A stretch of 64,000 nucleotides of DNA, taken from Antedon mediterranea (taxonomy: Eukaryota > Animalia > Echinodermata). A program made the translations under genes and the position numbers. Location: positions 24,242,001 to 24,306,000 of the forward strand of contig NC_092674.1 of NCBI RefSeq assembly GCF_964355755.1. Direction: 5' to 3'. The notes under the pieces were generated by a model. The model ran no database searches, had not been told where the DNA came from, and was given only the letters and a program-made list of their open reading frames with translations. Shown piece by piece: positions 1 through 11,800 of this stretch. Position 1 is the first letter of the stretch; every line of letters begins with the position of its first letter.

Positions 1-110
1 TTCGTTCATTTGGTAGTTCGTTGAGTTAGTAGTTCACTCCATTTAACTTCTGCAACTATTAATTAAAAAATAATCGACAACAAAGTATAAGTAACAAAAC
101 ATAAGCAACG

Positions 111-116
111 TTTATT
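111..116 (-). terminator. Candidate polyadenylation signal (AATAAA) of the formin 3' UTR
   Basis: tttatt on the plus strand ~1.65 kb beyond the stop; several other such hexamers lie in this AT-rich UTR, so the choice is uncertain. Confidence 0.3.
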
Positions 117-967
117 AATCATTATCATAATATACAGTATACTTTAAATAAAATTGTACATCATCTTCACTGAATATTGGCATTGAAAAAAAAATCCTTT
201 CATATATTCATGTCAAAATAACTCTTTACTTTAAATATTGAATAGAGCTGCTTTAAGAGAGGGCTATAATACGGTAATATGCAGATTAACCTATTAGCAT
301 AAAAAGTATACAATTTTTATAGCCCAAGAGACATAAACATTACACAATAATATACATTTACAAACAACACCAACGGTATATTTTTAAAGGTTAGATTATA
401 CATTCTGAGGAAAGTCGATATGTTCTACTCCAAAACCTACCATGCAATACCTTATTAATTTATATATTTATAGTATTTATAATAATGTACAAATAGTAAA
501 TAATATTTTATTAACAGTACTCAGTCATTCGTCAATAATTGTTGCAAAAAGCTTTAGAAAAATACAGTGCGCATTTATTATATTATTTTTTTTATATATT
601 AACTTCATACTGTTAATACTTTCCAAATGGAAGACCAAAACGGGAAGACTAATCACTCTTGTTGATTGCCTACTTAATTGTACTTATTATTCACTAAACC
701 ATCACATATCGATTTACCAATATTATATTTTTAAACTATACACAATATACATTATTTTCAACAAAATGTTAAGTATAAAACGGCAGCAATAATTTACAAA
801 GTACAATAAATACCCGCTCATTTATTAGTTATTTTTCTGTTCGTTATAAAATAGCAGCATACAGTATAATCAAGACTTGTTTATTTCCAATTTTACAGTA
901 ATTTTTCCTCATAAAAACCAAAAATGTCAAATTAAGTCATTACGTCACTGTTACCATTAATTTAATA

Positions 968-1080
968 TAAGCTTGGACTTGGACGCATCGCAAGTAATTT
1001 GACCAATCACGAGCGATGGATTATTGAAAGTGTCGCTTGTCATTAGTCAACTTATTTGCGTTACGTCCTAGTGGGAACCA
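968..1080. mobile_element. Degenerate MITE family A copy in the formin 3' UTR
   Basis: taagcttgg...gaccaatcacgagcgatgg...cgcttgtcattagtcaa...ctagtgggaacca. Confidence 0.65.
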
Positions 1081-1767
1081 ATTTTTACCGAGTCGTAATG
1101 TTGTTGTAGCACAACAATACCTTCTCCCAATAATTACGTTACGTTAACTTAGTCAATATAATAATAGGCCACACATCGTGCATAATGTGACTCTTTTAGC
1201 GTTTATAGGCCTATTGAAGTTTTGTATTTAAAATTCCAAACATACTCCTATCAAAGAAACAACTCGTCGTTAACATTTCGAAGATAACATAATAAGTTCA
1301 ACTTAAAATTAAATTGTAAAATCTACTACGTAATCAGAATATGTCAGGACAGTCAAGACACTTTGATAATATGGTAATACGTAAAGTTAAAATCATTGAA
1401 TAAATAACAAGCATAATATATTGGCCAATCAGAAAGTTTTGATTATTCTCTCCATGATTTAGCCAAACGAGGAACCAATGTTCAACAACGACAATTAGAT
1501 CGTAGTTTAGCCCTAACATATTTAATAGTAAAGCTATAAAAAGGATTGTTGAAGTTCATTAAAAACGTATATGTAAAATTAACTTAATACTAAATTAATA
1601 ATAATTATTAATAAATAAATCATGCAATATTACGGTTTTCCCATAAAAGTATAACATAACGGTAATTACATTGATAAGTATGACACTACATGGCAACTTG
1701 TAATTATATAATAATATAACTTATATTGTATTGCAGCAGTTACCAATTGAATATATAAATTAATCGC

Positions 1768-4700
1768 CTAGTTTCTTTTGACAACATTTGCTTTTTGTAC
1801 GTGCGATTGTAACTTACGACCACTTAGCCTTTCAGTCTTTCCAGCAGGAAATCCGAAGCGAAATTGTGATTTAGATGTATTTTTATTTTGAATTTTCTCT
1901 TGACTTATTGGTCTTGCAATAGCCGGAGCTTGTAGTTTGGAAACCGGAACGTGAGAAAGAGGTTCACCAACTTCACAATAAACAACGTGGTTCTGTTCCG
2001 ATTCCCTTGACCACAAGTCGTCGAAAGAAGATGAATTTGGGGTCTTAGTTGCAGAAGATCGTCTGCCAAACTTACTCATAAATTTACTGAGTTTGCCTGG
2101 TTTTGAGATCTTCTTAACACTTTCTGGCACGCCGGATTTTCTTGCAGCTGGTGGTAAAGAATACGTGGTGTTGTTTCTCTGGAATTGTGATTCTGGAGAC
2201 GTCTGGATTGAAGCACATGATGAGCTTTGTATTGACTGCATTGTGCTCTTCAGTAAGTCTGGATCTGAGTTGCTGCGCAGATAGGAAAATGATCTATCTG
2301 TTCTGATACTGTAGTCGTCGCAAGAGCTATCTAGGGATCGTTCAGAATCAAGGCTATCAAATGAATCGCGTGTGTCAGGCACTTTCGGACCTCTGTGAGG
2401 TGGTAAAATAAATCCAGGTGCTGGAAGATGTGATGCTGGTAACATAGTTGTCGGTGACGTTGGGCTCATCGACATTGGACTCCCTGTGATTGGAATTACA
2501 CGTTTTCCCATTTGCGGGGTCGCAACTTTTGAGAACGGTGGAGGGACAGTATGAGAGGCAGATGTGGGAGTTCGCGGACTATTCATACCAAGGCTTGCGG
2601 TTCCCATCCTTATTGTTACTTTTGATCGTGGAGATGGCGATTTTGGTGGCCGGCCTGTACTTGTAGTTGATATGGTTCTAACAGTTGCTGGTGATTGCGG
2701 TATACTTGTGTAGGATTGTACAGAGCGAACTGGTGATGGGGGATTAGAATAGGTAGCACTTTGTGGACGAGTCATTGAAGAAGAAGGTGATGCTGTTAAA
2801 TGACCTGACACGTCAGAGGTATTTCCATAACTGCTGTTACTTTTCTTTGATTCCATACTTTGTGTTCGTGTACGAGTTTGAATAGGTCTCGTTCGTGGCT
2901 GTGCCTCTGGCTTTGGCGGCTTTTGTTGTGAGTGTACAGTCTGAACGGGTTTTGGTCGACTTGATGATCCAGAACTTCCTTGAGGCGCTCCACGTGGACG
3001 GATATTTGAAGGTTTATTCAATTTTGTATTGGTTTGTTTTGGTCTATGTGAAAGACTGCTTTTCGTAGGCTGAGTATCTGTCCGAGGAGATGGTATTGCC
3101 TTCTGTGTACGCTTTGGGGCACCTACGGGTGATTTTAATGAAGATGCCGTCTTGTTTACTGGAGATTGTTTACCTGATACACCTTCAATATCAAGATCCA
3201 GTTTGGACCGTCTGTCTACCTGTGCTTTTGATGTAGTTTGTTTTGTAGTAGAACCTCGAGTGGATGGAGTTCTCCTTAGTTGGCTACCTCGTCCACTTCC
3301 GCGGGTTTGATCACCTGGTTTAGTTGATTTTATATCTGGTGATGGGGAACTCACTCTTCCGGATTGTGAGCGTCTGAAGCTGCCTGTGCGTGGAAGTCTA
3401 GATGTGGAATTAGTTTGTAAAAGTGAATCATTTTCTTTTTTGTTTGTGGTTTTATTGGTTGCAACTTGTGAAGGTTTTGATTTTTTATTAGCCGACATGG
3501 ACGACTGTCTGCTACTTGTCGACGATATGCTTACAGTTGACGTTGTACTGTCGACAGATCTACTTCGCACATGACGAACGGGACTAGGTTTGGCAATTTC
3601 CTTTTTTGGAGATGGAGGAGTGTTTTTTCTAGAAGTTGGAACACGTAGTCTTGATTGTTTTTTATCTGGTTTCGCTGTTGTTTTGGTCTCCTGTGAAATG
3701 CTTATATGATTTTCATTTTCATCGCTTACTTGCCTCCTTGACGGTTGTTTAAATGAATATGTTCGTTTTAAATCTTCAATATCCTCATTGTCCAGTTTCT
3801 CAAATGTAGTACTGTTTACTTTTCGTGGAGCCGATATTCTATTTTGTTGCGTTGTCCTACGTGGGTGAACAATATAAACATCTTCGTCAGCGATTTGGTA
3901 AACGACATCTTGTTCTTTCTCTTGGTCATTCCCGTAATTAATTTCTTTGTTTTGATCCCCTGTATTTTCATGTTTCGTTATTCCTTCATATTCGTCATTT
4001 TGTATAGTAGTATTGTTATTTTTACTGAGTAAAGAAGAAATATCTAATTCATTGTCATCGTCTGAATATATGCTTTTGGCGCGTAACGCTTGCAGGCCTT
4101 TAGCTCGCCTATTTGACAGCGTAGGTGATTCAAGTTCCGAATGCGTTTCATTATCTGTTGTTTTCCTATCTTTTTCAATGGGTTTGTTGAGTTGCTCAAT
4201 ATCGTGTTCATTGGATTCATGCCCTTCTTTCATATTATCATCATCTACAGATATCGAGATATCGATACTATTTACGGAAACAATTTCTTCTTTTGATTTT
4301 GTTTGTTTTATGTTACGGTCGGAATCTCTAAGTCTGCGGTATCGAGGTCTGTAACTACTTTGTTTCGCATTTTCCTTATTTGACAAAGTGTGTTGCTCGT
4401 GCTTATTTACAGAGGACTCTACGACATCTAAAGCCTTTTCAATGTCAATATTTTCAATCTGTTGACGAAGAGTATCTTTTTGAACATTGGAAGTTTCATC
4501 ACAATGTTCACTCTTTTGTACCACACATTTGGTGCTGACGTCTTCAACAGTGACGTCACGCAGTGCGCTTTCTACTTCAGATGGAACTACGGCGCTTCGC
4601 GTTCGTCGAAGAAATCTTGATCGGCGTGGAGATGTCGGTTGACCACTATTTACGTCATCTGGTGTATCTTCTTTCAATAAAGCATCAGTATCACTCTCTC

Positions 4701-5856
4701 CACTTATTCCACTGATAGTTATTTTCCTTTCATTGTCGCATTCTATTTCGTCGAATACTGCACTATTATTTGCACCATCGGTAGAGATAGGCGTATCGGC
4801 GGAACTACTTTCGTTCGACAGTTTTTCATTACGTTCTCCGAGTATTTTAACAACATCTACACTTTCAATATTACTCCATGGTCGTGATATTTTAGGTCTC
4901 TGCTCTCGAAGCGTTACACCAGCATTGTCAGTTGAGATGTCATCTCCTAATAACTCCTTAAGGCGTTGTCGTCTGCCCATGACTCTAAGAGCTAAGTCGT
5001 TTTCAACACCTTCTACTTTGTACCGTCTTCGCGCAGGCGGATCTCTTAACTTTATCTGAGTCTTCTCATTATCGTTTTTCGTATTATTCTCCTCGTTCAA
5101 TTTGTTTTTCTCATTGTTCTCCTCAGTTTTCTTATCCTGTAATTTACCCGTTCTTTCCCGACTGTCAGTCGCTTGAATTTGTGCTTGAGTTTTCTTTGTT
5201 CGTTTTATGCTGCGTCTAAAACTACCATCTCGTCTAAAGTTTCCGATTGCCGACTCTTCTTCATTCCCTTGCATCAACAGATCAATAAGAGATTCTTCTG
5301 CAGAGGCACTGCTAGAAGATCTAGTTCTTTTGTTTCCATTCATTGGCGCAGTATCTTCATGACCACTCACAGAGCCAACGTTACTGGCTGTGTCAGAAAA
5401 AATACCGCTCGAACCACTACTGATATTATCTTGATCAGTAGTATCAATCGGATCTGTTGAGTGTCTACCATCTGTGTCTGATCCATTTTCAGAAATGGCA
5501 TTTAAGTTTTTTTCAAACTTTTGCCATGAGCGTCGGATTGAAGACGCCCGTACAAAGTTTCCTTGTTGTGCAGCGTCTTCCGCTGTCGAAGCAATTGTTA
5601 TCGGTGACGATGGTTCACTTCCAAAATCACTGGTATCGGATTCGTCAGCTTGAGAGGATCCGATGCTTCGTTTGTGGAAACCCTCTCGAATATGTCCTAA
5701 TAAGCGATCTACAATGGCGCCAGATTCTTTGCCAGTTGGAAGACTTTTTGTTTGTCGAATTTTCTTTTTGTCTTTGCGTTTATTTTTTTCTTGTTCTTCG
5801 CGTTGTTGTTTACGAAGTTGAACACGTTTTTCCTGGATCCGGCGTTGTTCATTTTC
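1768..5856 (-). CDS. INF2: Formin terminal coding exon 16 (4089 bp; WH2/DAD and disordered tail)
   Basis: ttag|[11 protein letters not shown]...[15 protein letters not shown]... is in frame (162 codons upstream) with the 1200-aa ORF 1768-5370, which ends VVKRN*. Confidence 0.92.
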   Translation of the reverse strand, partial: ENEQRRIQEKRVQLRKQQREEQEKNKRKDKKKIRQTKSLPTGKESGAIVDRLLGHIREGFHKRSIGSSQADESDTSDFGSEPSSPITIASTAEDAAQQGNFVRASSIRRSWQKFEKNLNAISENGSDTDGRHSTDPIDTTDQDNISSGSSGIFSDTASNVGSVSGHEDTAPMNGNKRTRSSSSASAEESLIDLLMQGNEEESAIGNFRRDGSFRRSIKRTKKTQAQIQATDSRERTGKLQDKKTEENNEKNKLNEENNTKNDNEKTQIKLRDPPARRRYKVEGVENDLALRVMGRRQRLKELLGDDISTDNAGVTLREQRPKISRPWSNIESVDVVKILGERNEKLSNESSSADTPISTDGANNSAVFDEIECDNERKITISGISGESDTDALLKEDTPDDVNSGQPTSPRRSRFLRRTRSAVVPSEVESALRDVTVEDVSTKCVVQKSEHCDETSNVQKDTLRQQIENIDIEKALDVVESSVNKHEQHTLSNKENAKQSSYRPRYRRLRDSDRNIKQTKSKEEIVSVNSIDISISVDDDNMKEGHESNEHDIEQLNKPIEKDRKTTDNETHSELESPTLSNRRAKGLQALRAKSIYSDDDNELDISSLLSKNNNTTIQNDEYEGITKHENTGDQNKEINYGNDQEKEQDVVYQIADEDVYIVHPRRTTQQNRISAPRKVNSTTFEKLDNEDIEDLKRTYSFKQPSRRQVSDENENHISISQETKTTAKPDKKQSRLRVPTSRKNTPPSPKKEIAKPSPVRHVRSRSVDSTTSTVSISSTSSRQSSMSANKKSKPSQVATNKTTNKKENDSLLQTNSTSRLPRTGSFRRSQSGRVSSPSPDIKSTKPGDQTRGSGRGSQLRRTPSTRGSTTKQTTSKAQVDRRSKLDLDIEGVSGKQSPVNKTASSLKSPVGAPKRTQKAIPSPRTDTQPTKSSLSHRPKQTNTKLNKPSNIRPRGAPQGSSGSSSRPKPVQTVHSQQKPPKPEAQPRTRPIQTRTRTQSMESKKSNSSYGNTSDVSGHLTASPSSSMTRPQSATYSNPPSPVRSVQSYTSIPQSPATVRTISTTSTGRPPKSPSPRSKVTIRMGTASLGMNSPRTPTSASHTVPPPFSKVATPQMGKRVIPITGSPMSMSPTSPTTMLPASHLPAPGFILPPHRGPKVPDTRDSFDSLDSERSLDSSCDDYSIRTDRSFSYLRSNSDPDLLKSTMQSIQSSSCASIQTSPESQFQRNNTTYSLPPAARKSGVPESVKKISKPGKLSKFMSKFGRRSSATKTPNSSSFDDLWSRESEQNHVVYCEVGEPLSHVPVSKLQAPAIARPISQEKIQNKNTSKSQFRFGFPAGKTERLSGRKLQSHVQKANVVKRN

Positions 5857-8800
5857 CTAAAAGATAAATAAAGAGAGAACAAATGAATTAAAAAATGTTT
5901 TAAATAAGTACATGAGTGCTATGCTAAACAATCAAAAAGTTGAAATGTGATCCTGGTATCAGTATTTATATAATTTAATTCATCATAATATGATCAAGGA
6001 CAACCCTAGCGGCACATTCCTTCATGTCATTCAATAAATCAATCCGAAATAACATTTCATTCTGTTTCTTTTTTAAAGTAAAAAATGAGATTGTAAGTAT
6101 AAAGAGGAAAAATCCTGAAAGTATTATATTATTTGAATGTCTCTAATTAAAATCTAGTTTAAAAAAGAAACCAGTCACGTTACTCAGTTACACAGCCAAC
6201 CGTCTGACAGCCTAGTTAGTGCATGCTGATGAAGAATTTTGTTGCGTGTGTGAATCAGTTTAAGTTTATCTTATATTTAAGCTGTAATCATGTTATTAAC
6301 ATATTTATATAGTTCACAAGAAAAAAATGTTTATTAATCTGTGTCAACAATTCAAGGTAAATTATTGGATCAGTTCTCATATATTCCACCTGTCTAATAA
6401 ACGACCCGATTTTAGTTTACATTTATTGTTTAAGCTTGGTTCCCACTAGAACGTAACGCAAGGACGTAAACGCAACGCAAGCGTTTTAACTAATGACAAG
6501 AGATGTTATAGACAGTTAACAATCACAAGCGAATAAGCCATCGCTTGTGATTGGTCAATTCATTTGCGTTGCGTTACGTCCTTGCGTTGCGTCGCTAGTG
6601 GGAACCACGCTTTAGTGCACCCTGCGGAAAAACTACTACCCTTATTAAGAACACAACAATAAGGAGGTAAAAAGTTGGTCATAGTTAAAACATAATATAT
6701 TGCCACTCCCCTGAATGAGGTATTTTCCAAATGAGAGATTATACCGTAGTTTTTAACCAAATACACTACCAAAGTGTATGACAAAAAATATGATGTGCCC
6801 ATGAACACGATGTCTTATCACTGGCATATTTAAGCATATCACTACCATATTTGAGCACATCACACAGAGTCAGAGCTTTAGTTAGGTCCATGAAACTCAC
6901 TCACCTCAATAGCTTTTTTAAATTTGTCACAGAAAACTTTAAATACACCGAAACAGTCTTCAAGTTTAAAAGTTGTAGTATCCTCGCAAAGGTACTCGGC
7001 TAGTTTAATCCTTAGCTTCTCTACATCTTCTAACATCTCTTGTAGTTCTTTCAGATCTTCTTTTGCATTCTAAAAAAAGTAATTGAAAACATTATTTGTA
7101 CACGACGAGAACTGGTATCATGCTAGCCCAAGTTATTGTCTATATGGCTCTGGTATTCATTTAAAACGAGCGCCACCAGTGGGCGTTTTAATTATTGTTC
7201 ATGAAGGTCGCGTAAGTATAGGTATGGCACGCCAAAATTCATTTTTTAAAAATTTAACTCAAATGTACACTTTACAGAAATATAGACCCACAAAAATTTG
7301 AAATTGAAAAACAAAATGGTGAAATGTTAATGTTTCATTTAATGTTGATGGAGTAGGCCTATCTGGACTAAACCGTTCTCTTCCGATATTTATAACAATA
7401 TCATCTTTCCGTCTCCTTTTTTTGTAGCATTGGTTAGTTTTTTTGGAAGCATAACTTAGTGAGATGATAATTATATTTCGGTAGACTTTCTTGGCAGAAG
7501 TTTAGAATACTTTTGCTTACCAGTAAAAACTCCACCATTTGTTCCTTTACTTCTCGCGCACCTTCGTCCAACTGCTCGCCTATCAATTTCACCTTTTCTT
7601 GTAAGGCTACAACTTCACTGCTAAGCTGGTCGATTGAAAGCCTACAAAATAAAATTGTACTGCATTTGTTTAACTTTCTCTTTTTCGTCATTGCTTTTTA
7701 AAAATTTCGATGGCGCCGCTGCGGATTTAGTATTAACGTTGCAACGTATACAAAATATTAACCAAAAGTATCGTTGTGTGCCTTCCGTGACCAAAAGCGA
7801 ATGTTTTTGAAATATTATCAGGTTGGATTTATAGAAGGCAAGATGAAGGAAGTTCAGTAAACATTTTTGTCAAGGTGACTGTAGTCATGGTTCGAAACTT
7901 GGCACTTGTTGTGTTGTTTAGTAGCTGTACAAAGCCACTAATTGATTATATGATACATATCAAGTACATCAAGCAATTAATATAATTAGCAATCATCAGT
8001 AAGTTGTAAGGAGATATAAGTTGAAATGTTTGAAATATGTACGTGTAAATTGACCTTGTAATCTCGGTAAAGTAAGGTAGCGAACCAAAATGTTAATTAC
8101 AGTTATTATTAAATTAGTAATAATTGGCATAATTACCTTGAACTACGGTAATAATTTTTAATAAAAATATTTGAATATGAAACTCATTAGGTAGGTAATT
8201 TTAAAAATATATTTTATTATAACTGGATATCCTGTTTGTTTTGTCAATTATGACCTCAACATTTTTAAAACAAAACAAAATCACTATAAAACATGTTCTT
8301 TATTTCATGCAAAATCTTTATAATAGGCCTATAATTCATTTTCATTTGTTTTTCTGTTTTAACATTTATAAGGTGCTTATTTTCTTTTACACATTTTATT
8401 AAAGCGTCAAATTTGGTATATTTTGCTGGAGATTTTTTATCGGAGTTGATTTTATTTTTAAACGTGTTTATTGATTCTGTTATCGCTTACTTTTCAAAGT
8501 GTGTTACTATTTATTGATCAGGCCTAATGGAGCGGTAAATAAAAAAGAAAGTGGATGTAGAACACTATAATTTGGAACCATTATCTTTATTGATGTATCC
8601 TTGAAGTTGTAAAGACTTTATGCTGTATATTATTATTTGTCTCATAAGAAAAAACGGTCCTAATAACATCTGCGCATGCCTAAATACATACACATCGGCA
8701 CATTTTTTCCCCTAAGAAACGTTTAAGAACACAACATTTGTTGAATTATTTTGATATAATAACAAACGCAGCAGGTTTTGATAACCTTAGAAACTAACCG

Positions 8801-11800
8801 AAATACAAATAAAATGCAGAGAAATCAATAGAGGACATGCTATTTAATATTTCGGTCCATACTAAAGATAGAGATAACTCGAGCTTTTGTATAATCTTTC
8901 CCTCGATTGTCCTGAAATTCATCAGGCATGGTTGTCGGTGTATGTTTTGCAAATGATGTAACAAATGAGACCTTTGTTAGGTTTGAAAAAGTATTTTTTT
9001 TTGATAAAATAACGACGATAACATACCTGGAGGCTTCCTCTAAATTCTTCATTTCATTCGGAAAGTTGAGCAATTTCTTTTCCTTCTGTTCAGCAAGCTA
9101 ATAAAAAAAATGTGAATAAAAAGCTTACTAAATTTATACATTGCATTTACAGGTGGTGATTTGGCAGCTTTGATGACATAAGCGAGGTGAAGAAATTACA
9201 TTCTACATCAAGGTTAACATCATTAACTACAGGTAATTCATGTCTTTTATGACACCTTCAATAAATATTTACCACCAGTGCGTACCAGTAGTGCGTACCA
9301 GTATATAACAGTGCGAGGATTTTTATATTAGCAGTGATTTGTTGGGCCTAATTCTTGGCTTCCACCAGAAACGTAACACAAGACGTAACGAAAACGTAAG
9401 TGATTTGACACTTTCGTTGCGTCTACGTAATTGACTAGCGTCTCTAGTGTGGGAACCAAGCCCAAAGCGTACGACACCTATACAATACAAGTTAATGTGC
9501 ATAACGTAGGCATATTGCAGTACGTTTATTTTAGCCACGATACCCGCGGTCTGCAGTAGCCTAGTTCACATTACATAAGTGACAGTATTTTGCTAATGTA
9601 GGCCTACAGTACAATTTAAAAGCAAAGAATTTTATTGGTAAAAGCCTGCCTCGTTTACATGCATAATTTAAGTTCTGAAGAGTTAATTATACTTCATTTG
9701 GAACACAAATATTTAAAACTTGTATAATATAATACACTTTCGAATGCATGTTTAGTAATCCGATAACGTTGAGTAACGCTGGCGTCGTGTAATGTTGGAC
9801 GGATAAATTACATCAATGTGCTTAACAATGAATTTAAGCATGCAACCAAAGAATTTACAGCCTCTAAAATAGTTTTTGTGTGGGTCCTGATTCAGTAAAT
9901 AATGTAAATTAATACCAGGTGGACGATGTAAACGACCGGCGAAGCTTCTAGATTACGTCTTAATGTTAAAAACATTTTAACTAATGATTATTTTTGTTGT
10001 TCGTTTATACAGTTAAAGGGTAGCTCCGAGCTTCAATTTAAACCGACTCGTTTTGTGCAATCAATTGACACGTGGACATATAGTACCAAAATAATACTTG
10101 AATAGCCTACATAATAAAATAGTGCATTTTCTATTTTTAAAAAATGTGTTCGTTTATGAAGAAAAATAGTGCTTACCGTAACAACGTGATGAAGCAAATT
10201 CATCCGCGGTTTGTTCGCTCGAGTCTCTACCAGTTTCAACAATGATGACATTTTAAAACCATACGCATTTCCAGCATAGCCTCCCTGTAAAAAACACAAA
10301 TATTATACTACTTTCAAAGAAGCGAATATCAACAGCATACCTTCATGTATTTCCTGATCCTTTATTTAATGCTAAAACGTATCATGATATTTATTTATTT
10401 ATTCCTGTATAAATATTTCGATGCGTGATGTATTCATTAGTCCAACGTTAAGTTCAAAGTTTCGGTTTCGTTAATGTGTGTATTAGTACGGTATGCAAGC
10501 TCGGGCTAATCCATTACCTAATCCAAGGAAATAGAAATAGGCCTATATGTACAAATAAAGTTACCCGAGGTCTGATGAAGACGATATGCATTAACACGAT
10601 ATAAATAGAATATTATTAGTATTATTAACATTATATTTAATTCGAAATTTCTTTACCTGTATTCCTTAAAAATTAATACTATTATTATTAATAACTCAGC
10701 AGAAAACCCATGTTTCGTGTGTCGGTGTATTTGGAACCATGGCTTTTAAGTACTTTTAGGTTTAACAAAACATTTGCTCTAAGCGCAAGCAAAGATGCTA
10801 GATAGAAGGATGTACTATGATAGTACTGACGTCACAAAGTTAACTTACCGAATTAAGGAAGTTGCCCGTTAACAGTATAAGATAGAGTATTTCCTTTAAT
10901 GACTTACACTTCAGAAGTGCTAAATAGAGGAGAGAAGAAAATTGAAATTAATAATCAATTTACATAATAGTGTAACTTGAAACTTATTGGGTGTGGGTAT
11001 ATATAACATAGGCTAATTTGCCTCTTGTATCCCACAATCAGTTATGCCTCGTAGCTCAGAATGGTATGTGACCAATACTTGTCCAATTTTGCTTCAAACA
11101 CTTGCACGTGTCCATAAAGACAGACGCAGCGCAACGACGTAGGCGCAGCAATGTTCCATCCAATAGGCCTAAACTTACCTAATGAAGCTTCAATTACAGT
11201 GTCTAAAGACGGATGAAGGTACTCGATGTTCGCCTCGAATTCTGCTTTTAACAGCATGCATTCAATTCGAAGTTTATATCTAAACAAAACAGTTTCAAAT
11301 TAGTATATAGGCCTACATCATTCGCTAAGGTCGACGTTACCATCAATATACTAATAAATGCACATTTGAGTGAGTTGAGAAGGATTGTTTCCTCGTTTTC
11401 AAAATCGTTATCCAGTGGGTGAAGTGAAACCTGTACTTACGAAGGTATACCAAGTAGCATCAGATAAAATTTCTCAGCCTGACCTAACTTTTCACGATCA
11501 CCGTCAAATGATGTAAGATTCTCAATCTAAATAAAAATAATAATAATAATATAAAATTAATTTATCCGCTCAGAGCAGAGCAGTTATTTCCGGCGGTTAG
11601 TTTTCTATCTCATAAACAAGCGTCGCACAAACTTTTCAAAACAGTCACAAAAAACTGACAGTAACAATATACCGAAATAAATGAAAGAAATTAATGGCTA
11701 TATACAAGGATATATTTTGGCATCATAAAATGATGTGTCCTAAAATATCAATGATACCTGGTGATGATATTATGATGATGATAAACTGATTATGATAATG

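Noticed and set aside
442-792. 116-aa plus-strand ORF
   Set aside because: Ile/Leu/Tyr/Asn-rich translation of the AT-rich formin 3' UTR antisense strand; no coding signature.
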